Source of the DNA: Syncephalis fuscata S228
Taxonomy: Eukaryota > Fungi > Zoopagomycota
Assembly: GCA_025786725.1 (NCBI GenBank)
Contig: JAHLTZ010000008.1
Coordinates: 434,001 to 498,000, forward strand
Direction: 5' to 3'
DNA: 64,000 bases
In this document: positions 62,342-64,000 of the stretch, in pieces
Layout: every line of letters starts with the position of its first letter
How positions within the stretch are numbered: the first letter of the stretch is position 1
The notes under the pieces: generated by a model
What the model was told of the DNA's origin: nothing
Seen by the model: the letters and a program-made list of their open reading frames with translations, nothing else
Databases searched by the model: none
Translations under genes and position numbers: made by a program

Positions 62342-64000
62342 CTATACGAAATCAATTTCCAACGATCGCAATGAGACATTAATTGTTGTCATGTTGTCTT
62401 TAGATTCGTTACTATTCTCTGGCATTCTGTTTTCTACAGATTCTACGCGTTTCCAGTCTAGAAATATGCATAATAAAAATGATATTCCTCCCATAATAGT
62501 TCCTGAATAAAATACCATGCTTAAAGCATCGGCGAATGCATGCTGTCCTTTGGCTATTATTGCTTTATCTTGCTTGTATAGTGCATAAATATTGCTGTGA
62601 ATACTGGAAACAAGCTAAATTCATGTTAGAAAATAATTAGATATGTTATTACAACGTATTTACTTCTTCGGTAATATCAGGAATATATTTGTAAAGCCGA
62701 CTTGTTAATACACCATTGAAAATGGTACCACAGGTTGCAACACCAATTACACTTCCAATGACACGGAAAAAGAACAACATAGAGGTTGCAGTTGCAAGAT
62801 CTATTGCTTGTAAGTCATTATCACCAGCATAATACAACCGCCTACCTGACTTTCTTGCTGTAGCTTGAGCTGCAAACAAAATTGGCTGCATACTGATACC
62901 AACACCAAGGCCAGCTAAAACCATATAGCCAATTTCACTTGATAATAGGCTACTTTGTGTCATACTACCCATAAGTGCGGTACCAACGGTTATGCAAATG
63001 CTACCAAGCATAATGAATGGTACGGTATATCCCGTAGCACTGATCAAAAAGCCTATAGCAATTTCGGCCATTGCTCCGCCCAATACCATTGGCAATGTTT
63101 TTAATCCTGAAATTGTTGCACTTTCTCCTCTTACTGCCTGTCGATCAGCGATGTATTAGATAGTGATTAAACATTGCATATCCACTACTTGCCTGATACC
63201 ATAGTGGCACATAGAATAATCCCACCATAAAAGCCATACCCAAAAAGAAATAAAGTATGAAGGGAATAAATACATTGCGATGATGAAATAGTTGGCGTGG
63301 CATAATAGGCTGACTTGCTAGGTAAAACTCTACAACTACAAACAGAATAGATAGTACGGCTGATACTACTAGCAAACTAATGATTATTGGCGATGACCAG
63401 GCATAAGATTGACCACCCCAGCTTAATGCCAGTAGTAGACATACAGTTGCTGCACTGACCAAAAGCGTGCCTACGTAGTCTATTTTTTTCAACTTATCGA
63501 CCATCGAGCCTTTTGGAGGCGGAAGTTTAAGCCATAGCATAATGATCAACATCGAGGCTGCTCCCAGTGGCAAATTAATGTAAAATACCCAACGCCATGA
63601 AATATGGTCGGTAAAAGCACCGCCCAAAAGCGGCCCAATCACCGAGGATATAGCAAATGTTGTTATTAAAATACCTTGGTATTTGCCACGATCTCTTAAA
63701 GACACAATTTCTATATGAGTATATTAGCATTAATGTGGTGTCTTGGTGTGAATTAAAGGCAGCTCATTAACGTACCAGATACAATAATCACACCTAACGA
63801 ATTGATGGCTCCACCACCAATTCCTGCAACGGCTCTTCCAATAATCAACATAGGCATAGATGATGCGCCACCACATATTGCACTGCCACCAAGAAAAAAG
63901 ATTACAGCAAGTAACAACAAGGATCGTCGGCCGAAAATATCCGACAGCCAACCAAATAGCGGCGAAAATATGGTACTGGTAAGTAGATAGGCTGTTGCTA
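62342..64000 (-). CDS. MFS drug:H+ antiporter, 14-TM (DHA2/EmrB-QacA-like), 5' end off the window
   Basis: GWLSDIFGRR (motif A), GRAVAGIGGG, RDRGKYQG, GPLLGGAFTDHISWRWVFYINLPLG, DYVG. Several short introns including a GC-AG intron at 63138-63192. Confidence 0.95.

Overview
Eukaryotic, AT-rich, gene-dense DNA with short (about 50-80 nt) spliceosomal introns. Gene content (DASH subunit Dad2, Cwh43, cellular RdRP, PA/Fn3 subtilisin, WSC sensor) indicates a fungus; an early-diverging lineage such as Zoopagomycota is my inference only. There are about 18 protein-coding genes, a decayed Mutator (MULE) transposase, a dispersed foldback/MITE family, and a 10.4-kb ORF-free repeat island bounded by about 99% identical 1.39-kb direct repeats, each holding a predicted multi-stem RNA structure. 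The most striking signals lie outside the ORF track. First, two paralogous small secreted-peptide genes: one is intronless with three dibasic Kex2-type sites (24180-24332); the other (minus strand, about 49983-50531) has a signal-peptide exon followed by three consecutive 3-nt micro-exons (AG|NNN|GTAAGT). Second, a bacterial-type MscS channel gene carries introns. Third, about 15 frameshifts, mostly single-base deletions, interrupt otherwise intact genes; these are most likely long-read consensus errors and must be resolved before calling anything a pseudogene. All coordinates and translations were read by eye.
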